A stretch of 64,000 nucleotides of DNA from Pirellulales bacterium (GCA_963733035.1 CAVTBU010000005.1:480001-544000); one strand, 5' to 3'; positions 18,535 to 32,017 are shown, numbered from the stretch's first letter. Notes: generated from the letters alone by a model not told the origin. Numbers and translations are program-made.

Positions 18535-20156
18535 GTGAAGCATTTCTGGCTTGGCTTCGTACTATGTGCGATGGTTTGTGGCTGTAAAACAAGCCCGCAA
18601 GACCGTTCACACCGCCCAAACTCCGTGGCGGGGCGCCCCGCCGCCAGCGCACAGCGGCAACCAGATGCCAGCGCGGGCGCGAACCAGAGCCGCAAGTTGC
18701 GAGGGCCAGCCCAGAATTCGGGACAGCAAAAATATCCGCCAATAGTTCCCAAAATCCCAGCCAGTGGAACGAACCGTCGGCTTCGCGCGTACGGCTGGCG
18801 AAAGCTTCACTGCCAGAAGCAGTTGAAGCACCCCCAGCACGGCATCCCGATGAGCCACAGGACAGCCTGCGCCGCGCGCGGACCGTGTTCTCACTGAGCG
18901 ACGCGCTGGCCGTGAGTCTAGCGGAGAATCCGGACCTGATCACGATCCGAGGAACGGTGAACGTTGGCGCCGCCGCGGTGAACGTGGCCGGCGTCTATCC
19001 GTGGAACCCCTTCGTGCAGGCCCAGTTTCTTCCGAATGGACACCCCTACACGCCTGGCTCGCCCGGCAATGCCACCGGCCAATCGAATTACTATGTCTGG
19101 GTAATGCAGCGATTCGAGTTGGCGCATCAGCGTCGCCACCGCGAAAACAGCGCGATCGCGGCACTTGGACAGATGCAGTGGAACGTTCAGCAGGCGGAAC
19201 TGCTCAATATTGCTCAAACCGAGCGACTCTTCTTTACTGCACTTTACCAGCGTCAATTGCGTGACTTGGCGGCGGACTCGGAAACACTGAGCGATCGCTT
19301 GGCGGGAATTATCGACCGGCGTTTCAAGGCCGGGCTGGCGACCACGGTGCAGCACATCAACGTGCAAGTCGCGGTCCGACAAGCACGCCGTCAACGCGAA
19401 TTGGCCGACGCCGCATATCAAGCGGCGCTGCTTGCACTGCGGCAGCAATTAGGAACAACCACAACCGACGCGATTGACTTAAACGGAGACCTTACGCGGT
19501 ACGAATGGTTTTCGGTCTCCGATGCGGCTTGTCGACTGTCTGGTTCCGCGCCAACCAATCCGCAGCTGCTGGCACAAAGCGTGGCCGAGGCACGTCCCGA
19601 CGTCATGGCATCACGTTCAGCGATCACGATGGCCTACGCGAATTTGAATCTTGCCCGGGCGGCACGTGTTCCGGACGTTCAAGCCGGCCCGATCTACAAC
19701 ACGGCCGACGACGGCACGCAGTACCTCGGACTTCGCTTGCAACGCGATATCGGCGTATTCAACAACGGCTCGGCGCTGAGGGACCAGCGGATCACGGAAG
19801 TGCAGCAGCAGCGATTGACCTACGAGCAGCTGAAGCGTCGGGCGGCCAACGAGGCCGCGGCCGCCATTGACCGATACGAGAGAGCCCGCCATTTGGCTGC
19901 GGCCGCACAACAGGAGACGTTCGCCGCCGCTCCACCCGAGCTGGAGCAGGTGTTAAGAGAATATGAGGCTGGCAACGCCCAGATAGTCGACATCGTGGCC
20001 GTGCAGAGCAATCTGCTGCAGGAGGAGCGTTCGTATCTTGATCTGTTGAACGAGGTTGCCCAGGCCGCCGCCCAGGTGACGCAGACTACTGCCATTCCAC
20101 CCGCGAGGCTCGTTGTGCAACGCCCGCCGAGATTCTCCGCGCCAGCCACCCCGTAG
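18535..20156 (+). CDS. TolC-family outer-membrane efflux lipoprotein; apparent frameshift near 18675
   Basis: GTG start, lipobox MVCGC in one frame; second frame open 18588-20156 with LSDALAVSLAENPDL, RRFKAG, ARPDV, ARAARVPD, YEAG OEP repeats. Confidence 0.8.
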
Positions 20157-20253
20157 TTGGCTTAGCCCGACGGTCGTCCCGTTTCGACTCCGTAAGCCAC
20201 CGTGCTATAATTCCCCCGGGTTACAAGTGCATTCCTTCCGATTGGTGAATCCG

Positions 20254-20805
20254 ATGCGGCACACGATGCTGATAGTTGCGGTCAGCATGACCTCGTGGTC
20301 ATTACCCGCTCTCGCTCAGACTTCTGATCCGGCAGCGGCCAACCGCGAATTGATCGGTGAAGGTCCGAACGTCACGGTGCAGCAGAGCGCGATCGGCACG
20401 CTCGACGTCGGTGGCCCGGGCGCGGCAAATCCCAAATTGACCGGTGAAAACTTGCGGGGAAACTTTGGCGCCAGCCGACCGCAGCCGACACCCGGGCTGA
20501 GTCCAACCGTCCCCAGCGCCGGTGTTCCGAATTTTTCCTTCCAAGCGCCGAACTTAGGCCCTGATCTGCGCGGTTCTGCCCCGGGTCAGAAACCGTCGAA
20601 GGAGGAGACTCGCATCGCCGAGGACCTCATACTACCTCGCTTTCGTTCCGCGGTCGCGGATTCGTCGGCGCGAACGGCCGCGGCTCACGGTGCCGACGAA
20701 TGGCGCTATCGTTTCTTCAACGGTCGGTGGTGGTACTGGCGCCCAAACGAAACCTGGGCGTTCTGGGATGGCAGCCAGTGGCGCGAGCGCGACGTTCGCA
20801 ATTGA
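20254..20805 (+). CDS. Hypothetical secreted protein with C-terminal Trp-rich motif
   Basis: Signal peptide (LPALA); Pro/Gly-rich middle; WRYRFFNGRWWYWRPNETWAFWDGSQW tail. Confidence 0.65.
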   Translation: MRHTMLIVAVSMTSWSLPALAQTSDPAAANRELIGEGPNVTVQQSAIGTLDVGGPGAANPKLTGENLRGNFGASRPQPTPGLSPTVPSAGVPNFSFQAPNLGPDLRGSAPGQKPSKEETRIAEDLILPRFRSAVADSSARTAAAHGADEWRYRFFNGRWWYWRPNETWAFWDGSQWRERDVRN

Positions 20806-21151
20806 ACGCGATATCGCCGAGTCGGGTCAGCCGATTCGCGTCGACGCGTAGAAACTTTCCGCAGCCCGCGGAAGTCTCGGCCAACCGAACTGGCTGACAC
20901 ACCTCATTGCCGATCCATGCCGTCTTGGGTCGTGCTACGGTTCGCGTGTGCGTCGGCAACCCGCATAGCCGAGACTGTGTGGAACCGTCCGTTCTCGCGA
21001 AAGCTACGCGCAGCTGCTACTGTTGGCTGGTGCCGTCTTTTGGCCACGCGGAGAATCGCGGCGATTCGCACGCATCGCAGGAAACCCCCAAAGTCGCAAC
21101 GGTTTGTGCAAAATCGGGCGACACGACGCGAAACGCTGCAAGTTGTGAAAA

Positions 21152-21238
21152 CGGATGGGGAGGGATTCGAACCCCCGGTACGGTTTCCCGTACAGCGGTT
21201 TTCAAGACCGCCGCCTTAGACCACTCGGCCACCCATCC
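21152..21238 (-). tRNA. tRNA-Ser (anticodon TGA), CCA not encoded
   Basis: Minus strand GGATGGGTGGCCGAGTGGTCTAAGGCGGCGGTC-TTGAAA-ACCGCTGTACGGGAAACCGTACCGGGGGTTCGAATCCCTCCCCATCCG: acceptor stem, D-loop, long variable arm, TTCGAAT T-loop. Confidence 0.97.
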
Positions 21239-21329
21239 GGTCTCGGCTATTGTACGTTTTTTGCCGCTAGCCGCGAAGCGTTGACAGACGGGCGACCACC
21301 ATTTCGTCATGTGAAGGGGATGCCGAACG

Positions 21330-21544
21330 CTACGTACGTTTGCGCGCAGGAATTCGCGCAGTTTGTCCTCGGCATAAAAAATAAGTGCGACCAGCAACGC
21401 CACGACCGGCCCCAACAGAAACGACAACGTCACCACGGCGAACGGAATCGCCAGCGGCGGAAATGTAACCACGATCCAGGTGGATAGGGCAACTGCCAGT
21501 GTCAGGACGAACAAACTACGCGTGCCAAATCGCATACTCGCCAT
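21330..21544 (-). CDS. Small two-TM membrane protein (3' end inferred from a probable frameshift at 21342-21347)
   Basis: MRFGTRSLFVLT N-terminus and two hydrophobic segments; as assembled the ORF runs through the tRNA. Confidence 0.5.
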
Positions 21545-21738
21545 TCTAACCACGCCGGCAAAACTAGATAGTTCGATGCGGCGGGAATCGTGGGAACCAA
21601 ACGACCGGGCACAGGCCGCATATGCGCGACTACTTGTGGAACGTCGATGTCGAATACAATGCTCGTGGCGAACCGAGTCGATCGGACCGACCCGGCGTCA
21701 TACTCGAATGTGCTATCAGTACCGTGTTCCGTGGCGCG

Positions 21739-21767
21739 TTGACGGGCTCCAGATCCGATGCTAGAAA
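21739..21767 (+). promoter_or_regulatory. Candidate sigma70 promoter
   Basis: TTGACG-N17-TAGAAA with TG extended -10, about 70 nt upstream of the small basic protein gene. Confidence 0.4.
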
Positions 21768-21838
21768 GACCGGTTTGAAATCCCTGTCGTGGCCCCGTCG
21801 CAGGCGGCCAGGCGCACTTGAGTTCGGAGGTTCTGACT

Positions 21839-22033
21839 GTGGGTGGGATTAGCGAGCGACACAAGGAAATCAAACGTCGGCGTCATCGCCGTAAGAAGCT
21901 GGCCCAACTTCACAGTCGGCTGCAAAAGGCCACGGTTTCGGAAAAGGCCGTCATCGCCGCCAAGATTCGCAACCTCACGCCAGGTGCCGAAGCGCTCATC
22001 GATAGCTGGGAGCTTCGCGAGAGCGACCGGTAG
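21839..22033 (+). CDS. Small basic planctomycete protein (DUF6800-like)
   Basis: GGAGG RBS + GTG; ERHKEIKRRRHRRKKL...IAAKIRNLTPGA. Confidence 0.7.
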   Translation: MGGISERHKEIKRRRHRRKKLAQLHSRLQKATVSEKAVIAAKIRNLTPGAEALIDSWELRESDR

Positions 22034-22143
22034 GCCGGCACGCGCAAAGCTCATCGGTTCGCCCGTTGTCACCTCCAATGTCGCGCGGAATTCATCGCGC
22101 GCGGCGCTGCCACCTCGCCTATGAGTGCGGGTGCAGCAGGTCA

Positions 22144-24802
22144 CTAGTGGGTCGCCGCCGGTTCCTCTTCGTCCGACTCAGTTCGGTCAAACGTGAAACC
22201 ATCCTGGCGAAAATCGACACGAATCGTGACCCCCTCGCCAAATCGACCCTTGAGGATTTCGCTGGCCAGCGGATTCTGAATCTGTTGTTGAATCACGCGC
22301 TTCAGCGGGCGTGCCCCGTACGTCGGATCGTAGCCCTCGCGGGCAATCACATCGAGCGCTTCGTCTGTCACGACCAGGTTCATGCCGTGCTGCTCGAGTT
22401 GTCGAGCCAAGATGGCAACTTGCAAACTCACGATCTTGCGAATCTGCGTCCGATCGAGCGGATGGAAGATGATTGTCTCGTCAATGCGATTGAGAAATTC
22501 GGGCAGGAACTGCGTTCGCAGCACGCCGAGCACTCCCTCTCGCATTTCCTCTTCGCTGCCACCCTCCTGCGAAATCTGCTGGATGAGCTGGCTGCCAATG
22601 TTCGATGTCATCACCACGATCGTATTAGTGAAATCAACCGTGCGGCCGTGGCTATCGGTAAGCCGTCCATCGTCGAGCACTTGCAAGAGCACGTTAAACA
22701 CGTCGCGGTGGGCTTTTTCAATCTCATCAAGCAGCACCACACTATAGGGCCTCCGTCGAACGGCCTCCGTCAGACGGCCACCTTCCTCATAGCCGACGTA
22801 GCCCGGAGGCGCGCCAATGAGTCGGCTCACCGTGTGCCGCTCCATGAACTCGCTCATGTCGATGCGAACCATCGCGTTTTCGTCGTCGAACAGGACTTCG
22901 GCCAGCGCCTTGCAAAGCTCCGTTTTGCCAACACCCGTAGGTCCAAGGAAAATAAACGATCCGATGGGTCGGTTCGGATCCTGCAAGCCCGAGCGGTTCC
23001 GGCGCACGGCATTCGACACCGCCTCAACCGCCTCGTCTTGCCCGATGACTCGCTCGTGGAGGCGTTCTTCGAGGACTAGCAATTTAGCTCGTTCGGTTTC
23101 CATCATGCGTGTCACGGGTATCCCGGTCCACGCGCTGACAACCTCGGCGATCTCTTCCGGACCGACTTCCTGCCGCAATAGGCGGCGTTGGACGGCGGCT
23201 GGTTCCGCCGTGCCCGCTGCTTCGACCTTTTGCGCCAGTTGTCGACGTTGATTGTCAAGTTCGTATAGCTGCTGGTATTCCTCCTCGGAAATCAGCTGTC
23301 CGGAGGCCTGTTTCTCGCGAATCGCGTTGCTCAGTTTGTCGAATTCCAGTTCGACCTCGGCCAGACGACCTCGCGTTTCCTGCACATTGCCCACGCCAAG
23401 CTTCTCGGCTTCCCATTGTTCGCGCAGGTCCGCGAGCTTGGCGCGGAGTTCCTGCATTTCCTCTTCGATCTCGGCAAGCCGTTCCTGGGCATGCTCCTCG
23501 GTCTCTTCCGCGAGTTGCCGGGCCGCCAGTTCGAGCTGCGTCAGACGGCGTTGCACTTCGTCGATTTCGCTGGGCACGCTCTCCAGTTCCATCGCCAGCC
23601 GGCTCATGGCTTCGTCCATCAAGTCGATCGCCTTGTCGGGCAGAAACCGATCGGTGATATAGCGGTGCGACAGTTTGGCGGCGGCCACCAAAGCAGAGTC
23701 TTTGATCTTCACGCCCTTGTGATGCGCCTCATAGCGCGGCTTGAGTCCGCGGAGAATCGCGATCGTGTCGTCAACGCTCGGCTCACCGACATAAATTGGC
23801 TGGAACCGGCGCTCGAGCGCGGCATCCTTTTCAATATGCTTCCGATATTCATCGAGCGTGGTAGCACCAACGCAACGGAGTTCACCACGGGCGAGCGCAG
23901 GCTTGAGTAAATTCGCCGCATCGCTGCCGCCTTCGGCCGCGCCCGCACCGATAACCGTATGCAACTCGTCGATGAACAAAATGACGTTACCACCCGCCGA
24001 TTGTACTTCACGAAGCACGGCCTTGAGCCGCTCTTCAAATTCCCCGCGGTATTTCGTACCGGCAATCAACGCTCCCAGATCGAGTGCGATCACCCGCTTG
24101 TTCTTCAGGCTCTGCGGAACGTCGCCCTGGACAATCCGCAGCGCCAGCCCCTCCGCGATGGCCGTCTTGCCGACACCCGGCTCGCCGATTAGGACGGGGT
24201 TGTTCTTCGTACGCCGCGACAAAACCTGGATCACGCGACGGATCTCCTGATCGCGCCCGATCACCGGATCGAGCTTGCCCTGTTGGGCCCGGTCCACCAA
24301 ATCGATGCCGTACTTCTGCAGAGCCTGGAATTTCTCTTCCGGGTTCTGGTCGGTCACCCGAGCGCTTCCTCGCACCGCCTGCAAGGCCTTGAGCACGCCC
24401 TGCTCGTCAATCGCATTGAGCTTGAGCACGTTCTTGGCCTTGGTGTCGACCTGGGCCAGCGCGAGCATCAGATGTTCGGTCGAGACAAACTCATCCTTCA
24501 TCGTGTCGGCTTGCTTTTGCGCCGCTTCGAGTACCTTCGTGGCGCTGTCGCCAAGTTGCGGCATCGCTCCGCCGGAGGCCTTGGGCAAATGGTTCAGCTC
24601 GGCCTCAACGATTTTTTCAAGCTGCGCGGTTGGCGCCGATCTTGTCCAAAATCGGACGGACGACGCCTTCGGTCTCGGCCACCAGCGCCGCTAATAGATG
24701 AATCGCCTCGATTTGCGGGTTGCCGTGGTCGGCAGCCAGATTCTGCGCGCGCTGCAGCGCTTCCTGAGCTTTGATCGTGAATTTATCGAACCGAACGGCC
24801 AT
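22144..24802 (-). CDS. clpB: ATP-dependent chaperone ClpB; apparent frameshift near 24625
   Basis: N-terminus [15 protein letters not shown] (ORF 24617-24802) + ORF 22144-24588 with [15 protein letters not shown], coiled-coil M domain, [16 protein letters not shown]. Confidence 0.96.
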
Positions 24803-24955
24803 CTATTGACCCTTTCCCGATCTGGGCGCCAGAACCTACGCTTCCCTTGCTCCCCACCGAGAGGAGCGGGGGTAAAATGGTCATAGCCGCGCAGCGATGG
24901 GCGCCGCCCCCGGTTGGGCGGCAGCGCCCGCTTGCTTGATCGGCTATTCGACGAA

Positions 24956-26866
<1,911 letters not shown>

Positions 26867-27026
26867 GCCGAGCTCCTTTCTCCGATTTCGAACGGCCTTG
26901 AGTTTCCCCCGCAGGCGCGTCCGATTGCATTGTTTCGCAGCGGATTGTTATTGAATAAGTTGAATTGGTTGTCGTTCGCTAGAGTTGAGACCTGTGTGTG
27001 CAGGCCGATGTGCTGGATTCCTCAGT

Positions 27027-27043
27027 TAGCAAAGTGTATGCCG
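27027..27043 (-). promoter_or_regulatory. Candidate sigma54 (-24/-12) promoter of dnaK-clpB
   Basis: Minus strand CGGCATACACTTTGCTA = GG-N10-GC with TTGC, about 160 nt upstream of the dnaK ATG. Confidence 0.6.
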
Positions 27044-27152
27044 ACTCGCAGCCAGTTGGACTACTAACACCATAAGGCATTGCAATCATAGGACTTAAAC
27101 ATTCTGGAATCGCACTTTTCCGGGAAATTGAACCGGGCGACTCTTTCTCGAC

Positions 27153-27206
27153 TGCCGATTTGGCATGAGACATATCGCTCACTTTTTCCCGCTGCCATTC
27201 TGACAG
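27153..27206. promoter_or_regulatory. Pair of palindromic sites, candidate enhancer (UAS) for a sigma54 activator
   Basis: TGCCGATTTGGCA (27153-27165) and TGCCATTCTGACA (27193-27205), 110-165 bp upstream of the -24 element. Confidence 0.45.
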
Positions 27207-27350
27207 CCCACGGCTCCCGGAAAACACCACGAACCGCTAAATGCGCCATGCTCCCCCTCGGGCGACTAGCAAGACGACCTCGCTGCGTACCGCTGTGCGA
27301 CAGCCGCAGAGCCCCGTTTGTCCTGTATACTTCGCTTGTGGGTCGGTCGC

Positions 27351-27379
27351 TTGACACCCCGATTTGACCCAAGTACAAG
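27351..27379 (+). promoter_or_regulatory. Candidate sigma70 promoter of the pheA operon
   Basis: TTGACA-N17-TACAAG. Confidence 0.45.
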
Positions 27380-27456
27380 GTGGGTCGACTCTTTGAGTCG
27401 CTTGCCAAGGGCCCAGATGAGGCCCGGTGTGGGCTTGCTAGCAAGATGGACCAAAC

Positions 27457-28580
27457 ATGGCGCGGGAGAAGGCAGGACAGAGGCCAACTAGAAACACCCC
27501 GTCGCGCGCGCCAGCATCAGCTCGCTGAGAGCCAAGATCGACCGCATCGATCAGCAACTCGTCAAGCTCATGAACGAGCGGGCTAAATGTGCCCTGGAAA
27601 TCGGCAAGATCAAAAACAATTCGGGGGTTGCCGCCTACGCCCCCAAGCGCGAGGACGAGGTTTTGTGCCGGGTGCTGGCCCTCAGCAAGGGCCCCCTGGC
27701 GGAACGTTCGGTTCGAGCGATATTCCGCGAGCTGATCAGCGGATCGCGGTCGCTGGAAAAATCCCTCCGCGTGGCTTATCTGGGCCCGGCCTACAGCTAT
27801 AGCCATTTGGCGGCCATTCACCGATTCGGCCAAAGCGTCGAGCTGGTGCCCGTAGGCAATATTGGGGCCGTGTTCGAAGAGATCAACAAGCGGCAGGCCG
27901 ATTTTGGCCTGGTGCCGATCGAAAACTCCACCGACGGACGCGTGGCCGACACGCTGGAAATGTTCACCCGAATGCCCGCCCGCATCTGCGGCGAAATCCA
28001 GCTACGGATCCACCACAACCTGCTGGGCAAATGCGCGCGCTCCGAAGTCGAGGAAGTCTACAGCAAGCCACAGGCCCTGTCACAGTGCCGCAACTGGCTA
28101 GCCAAGCATCTGCCCGGGGCAAGGCTGGTGGAAGTCACGAGCACTTCGACCGCCGCTCAATTGGCCCAGGACAAGCCGGGGGCCGCGGCCATCGCCAGCC
28201 TGCAAGCCGGCGTGCGCTACGGTCTGGACGTGCTGGCGGCTGACATTGAGGACAATAAGAACAACGTCACTAGATTCGCGGTAATTGGCGATGAAACCGG
28301 CCCTCGAACCGGCAACGACAAGTGCTCGTTGATGTTCGAGATCGCCCATCAGCCGGGCGCCCTGGCCGATGCCATGAACGTGTTTAAGCGCAATCGGCTG
28401 AATCTAACCTGGATCGAGTCCTTCCCGATTGCCCGTCCCGAAGGCGGGTATATGTTCTTCGTCGAGTTGGAAGGGCACGAACTCGACCCCCGCGTTCGCA
28501 AGGCCATTACGGCCCTCGAGCGAAAAGCAGTCCGTCTGGACGTGTTGGGGTCCTACGCAAAACTAGCCCCCGTAGAGTAA
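27457..28580 (+). CDS. pheA: Chorismate mutase / prephenate dehydratase (P-protein); apparent frameshift near 27505
   Basis: LRAKIDRIDQQLVKLMNERA CM motif lies upstream of the ORF-track start, in a frame closed by TAG at 27489; YLGP..SYSH, PIENSTDG, QALSQC, NVTRF, ACT domain WIESFP. Confidence 0.93.
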
Positions 28581-28583
28581 AAA

Positions 28584-28657
28584 GGGGTGAGACGCAGACG
28601 GACGTCGGAAGGAAGTAAATCCTTCGACACGCCTTGGGTCTGGCCCCGTTGTTTTTT
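28584..28657 (+). terminator. Imperfect stem-loop followed by T-run between pheA and aroF
   Basis: GTCGGAAGGA/TCCTTCGAC inner stem, GGGG..AGAC/GTCT..CCCC outer stem, then TTGTTTTTT. Confidence 0.35.
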
Positions 28658-28690
28658 CCAACCTCCAATCTTCTGACCGCATCGCTTCCA

Positions 28691-29706
28691 ATGATCATCA
28701 TTCTTAAGCCGGGCACGACCGACGAACAAATCGAACATGCGATCGAACGCGTCGAAGCGTTGGGACTGACGGCCCATCTCAGTCGCGGCACGCACCGCAC
28801 GATCATTGGTGTGATCGGCGATGAATCACAATTCCAGCCCGAACAGTTCCAGGTGATTCCGGGTGTGGCCGACGTGATTCGCGTGTTGCCGCCTTACAAA
28901 CTGGCCAGCACCGAGGCGCATCCAGAACCCAGCGTGGTGAAAGTCGGCAAGGTAAAGATCGGCGGTGGATACCTGGCGATGATTGCCGGTCCCTGCGCGA
29001 TCGAAAGTGCCGAACGGATGGACGCCATTGCCGAATCGGTGCGTGCGTCTGGCGCGAATATACTCCGTGGCGGAGCATTCAAGCCCCGCACGAGCCCGTA
29101 CGCCTATCAGGGTATGGGTGAGGAGGGCTTGAAGATACTCCGCGAGGCGGGCGACAAGCACGATATGCCGATCGTAACCGAGGTGATGGACCCGCGGCGC
29201 GTGGCACTTGTCGACCGCTATACCGACATGATCCAGATCGGCGCACGCAATATGCAAAACTTCACGCTGCTCACGGAAGTCGGGCAAACCAACAAGCCCG
29301 TGTTGCTGAAGCGAGGCATGAGCGCCACGATCGTCGACTTGCTGATGAGCGCCGAATACATCCTTTCGCAAGGCAATCCAAACGTCGTGCTGTGCGAGCG
29401 AGGTATCAAGAGCTTCGACAATTCGACCCGCAATCTGTTCGATGTGGCGGCGGTGCCAGCTTGCAAAGGCCTTTCGCACCTGCCGATCGTCGTCGATCCT
29501 AGCCACGCAACCGGCCGGCCGGATTTGATTCCACCTTGCGCCTGGCTGGCGTCGCGGCCGGCGCCGACGGCGTGCACATCGAAGTTCACAACTGCCCCGA
29601 GGAAGCCATGTCCGACGGACCGCAGGCATTGCTCCCCGAGCAATACGCCGAGATCGCGAGCCAAATTCGCAAGATGGCGGAACTTCTGGGCAAGCAGATC
29701 AGCTAA
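28691..29706 (+). CDS. aroF: 3-deoxy-7-phosphoheptulonate (DAHP) synthase, class I-beta; apparent frameshift near 29540
   Basis: [44 protein letters not shown]; the other frame continues [22 protein letters not shown] to TAA at 29704-29706. Confidence 0.93.
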
Positions 29707-29742
29707 AGACCCGTTTCCCTGGGCGGACACAGAAAGGAAGTC

Positions 29743-30501
29743 ATGCGTCGACCATTTATCGCCGGCAATTGGAAAATGAATCTCGATCGGGCCGCGGCCG
29801 TTTCGCTGGCAACCGCCGTCGCCGAGCAGGCCGGTTCGCACCCGGACGTGGAACTGGCGGTATTCCCGCCGACTATTTATCTCGACGCGGTTCGCGAGGC
29901 GGTGGCCGGCACGCCGCTTGGCTATGGCGCCCAGAACGTCTATCACGAGGCCAGCGGTGCATTCACCGGAGAAACCAGCACGGCCATGCTGCTTGATTTG
30001 GGCTGCGACTACGTCATCCTGGGGCACAGCGAGCGGCGCCACATTCTCGGCGAAACCGACGCGGACGTGAACAAAAAGGTCCATGCCGCCCTGGCCGCCG
30101 GACTCGTGCCCATCGTCTGCGTGGGAGAGTTGCTGTCGCAGCGAGAAGCGGGAAAGACGAGTGATGTCATTCGCCAGCAGTTCGACGGCTCGCTAGCCGG
30201 ACTCAGCGCCGAGCAAATGGTGGAGCTAGTGATTGCCTACGAGCCGGTTTGGGCCATCGGAACCGGCAAAGTGGCCACTCCGGAGCAGGCCGAAGAGGTC
30301 CATAAAGAGCTTCGCAAGATCATAACCGACCGTTACAATGCGGACACGGCCCAGGCCGTCCGCATTCAATATGGCGGCAGCGTCAAGGCCAGCAATGCGG
30401 CGGAACTACTGGCCCAGGAAAACGTCGACGGGGCCTTGGTCGGCGGCGCTAGCCTTCAGGCGAAAGAGTTCCTGGGCATCGTGGCCGCCGCCGGACGCTA
30501 G
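29743..30501 (+). CDS. tpiA: Triosephosphate isomerase
   Basis: [36 protein letters not shown]. Confidence 0.99.
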   Translation: MRRPFIAGNWKMNLDRAAAVSLATAVAEQAGSHPDVELAVFPPTIYLDAVREAVAGTPLGYGAQNVYHEASGAFTGETSTAMLLDLGCDYVILGHSERRHILGETDADVNKKVHAALAAGLVPIVCVGELLSQREAGKTSDVIRQQFDGSLAGLSAEQMVELVIAYEPVWAIGTGKVATPEQAEEVHKELRKIITDRYNADTAQAVRIQYGGSVKASNAAELLAQENVDGALVGGASLQAKEFLGIVAAAGR

Positions 30502-30571
30502 GAGCCGGACCCCGGCAACATTAACGCAAGTACAATCAAGCTTTCGCCAAGCAGAGGATGCACACGAAGCC

Positions 30572-31048
30572 ATGCTGAATGTCCTTCTTCCAATCCTGTT
30601 GTTTCTTTCATCGGTGTTCCTGATTCTGCTGGTGCTCATCCAGCGCGGTCGCGGCGGCGGACTGGCTGGCGCCTTTGGAGGCCTGGGGGGCCAAAGCGCC
30701 TTTGGTACCAAGGCCGGCGATCTGTTCACGCGGATCACTATCGGCGTGGCCGCCTTTTGGATTATTCTCTGCGCGGCCTCGGTCAAGCTCTTGAACGATT
30801 CGGGCACCAACATTCTCAGCCAGGACCTGGGCGGCGCGGCCAAGAGTGCAACCGAAGAACTTGGCACCGCGCCAACCGGCGGGGCCGCCGACGCTGCGAC
30901 CAAAGAGGCCGCTCCCGCCAGCGAGGAGAAGTCCGCCAAGACTCCCGCGGAGCCGGATTCTACACCGGCCACGGATACACCCGCGGCCAAGTCGGCTCCT
31001 GCCGAGACTTCGGCGCCCGCGGCCGACACGCCCGAGAAGTCCGAATAG
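30572..31048 (+). CDS. secG: Preprotein translocase subunit SecG with long Ala/Pro/acidic tail
   Basis: [36 protein letters not shown]; follows tpiA. Confidence 0.92.
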   Translation: MLNVLLPILLFLSSVFLILLVLIQRGRGGGLAGAFGGLGGQSAFGTKAGDLFTRITIGVAAFWIILCAASVKLLNDSGTNILSQDLGGAAKSATEELGTAPTGGAADAATKEAAPASEEKSAKTPAEPDSTPATDTPAAKSAPAETSAPAADTPEKSE

Positions 31049-31132
31049 TATCAGGATTGCGCCCCTACCGTGCGGCTGTTCGTTTGGTCGCCGTGCCGGC
31101 AGGGGCCAGGTTCATACGGGGAGAATCGCTCT

Positions 31133-32017
31133 TTGTTGCTGAGCATGACCGGCTTTGGCGAGGCGCATCGCAAAGATGCCGCATTGGCGGTGGCAGCCGA
31201 AGTGCGCACCATCAATAGCCGCTACTTCAAACTGGTCATGCGCTGTGGCGAAGGCTACTCGGCACTCGAACCTCAGGTCGAATCGCTTGTGCGGCAGCAC
31301 ATCAAGCGGGGCACCGTGCAGGTCTCGCTTAAGATTGATCGCGCCCGCGCTGCCAACGACTATCAACTCGACGCCACCGTCCTCTCGGCCTATCGCCAGC
31401 AGCTCGAGCAGCTCTATCGTCAGTGGAAGGTCGCCGAACCGGTGGGCGTCGAGCACCTGCTGACGCTGCCCGGCGTGGTGCAACAAAACGGTTCGGGCTC
31501 GCTCGAAGCGGAACGAGATTGGCCACTCATTCGCGACACGCTCGACGACGCGATGCAGCACATGACAAAGATGCGCGCCGAGGAAGGTCGGGCCATGGCC
31601 GCCGATCTGGCGGCCAACTGCGCCATCGTGGCGGGCGAACTCGACGCCATCGACGCTCGGGCACCACTCGTCACCGAGGCCTATCGCGAGCGCCTCACCG
31701 AGCGGGTATCGAAGACGTTGTCGGAATATCAAATCACGCTCCAGCCAGGTGACCTGATTCGCGAATTGAGCATCTACTCCGAACGGAGCGACATTTCCGA
31801 GGAGATCGTCCGCTTGCGGAGTCACCTGGAACAGTTCGAGGCCACGCTCGATTTGGAGGAAAGCTCCGGACGTAAACTGGAATTTCTCACCCAGGAAATG
31901 TTTCGCGAGACCAACACGATCGGATCGAAAGCCAACGACGTGCAGATTTCGCGGCATGTGATCGAAATCAAGTCCTCCATCGAACGCATCCGCGAGATGA
32001 TCCAAAACGTGGAGTAG
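31133..32017 (+). CDS. yicC: YicC/YloC family endoribonuclease
   Basis: SMTGFG, EVRTINSRY, DISEEIVRLRSHL, GRKLEFLTQEMFRETNTIGSKA, ERIREMIQNVE. Confidence 0.95.
   Translation: MLLSMTGFGEAHRKDAALAVAAEVRTINSRYFKLVMRCGEGYSALEPQVESLVRQHIKRGTVQVSLKIDRARAANDYQLDATVLSAYRQQLEQLYRQWKVAEPVGVEHLLTLPGVVQQNGSGSLEAERDWPLIRDTLDDAMQHMTKMRAEEGRAMAADLAANCAIVAGELDAIDARAPLVTEAYRERLTERVSKTLSEYQITLQPGDLIRELSIYSERSDISEEIVRLRSHLEQFEATLDLEESSGRKLEFLTQEMFRETNTIGSKANDVQISRHVIEIKSSIERIREMIQNVE

Noticed and set aside
1..21150. Genomic island integrated at the tRNA-Ser 3' end
   Set aside because: No integrase, transposase or duplicated tRNA 3' end was seen in the window, and composition looks like the core region.
27026..27052. 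CIRCE element upstream of dnaK (begins TTAGCA)
   Set aside because: There is no second half-site GAGTGCTAA; the sequence fits a minus-strand sigma54 promoter better.
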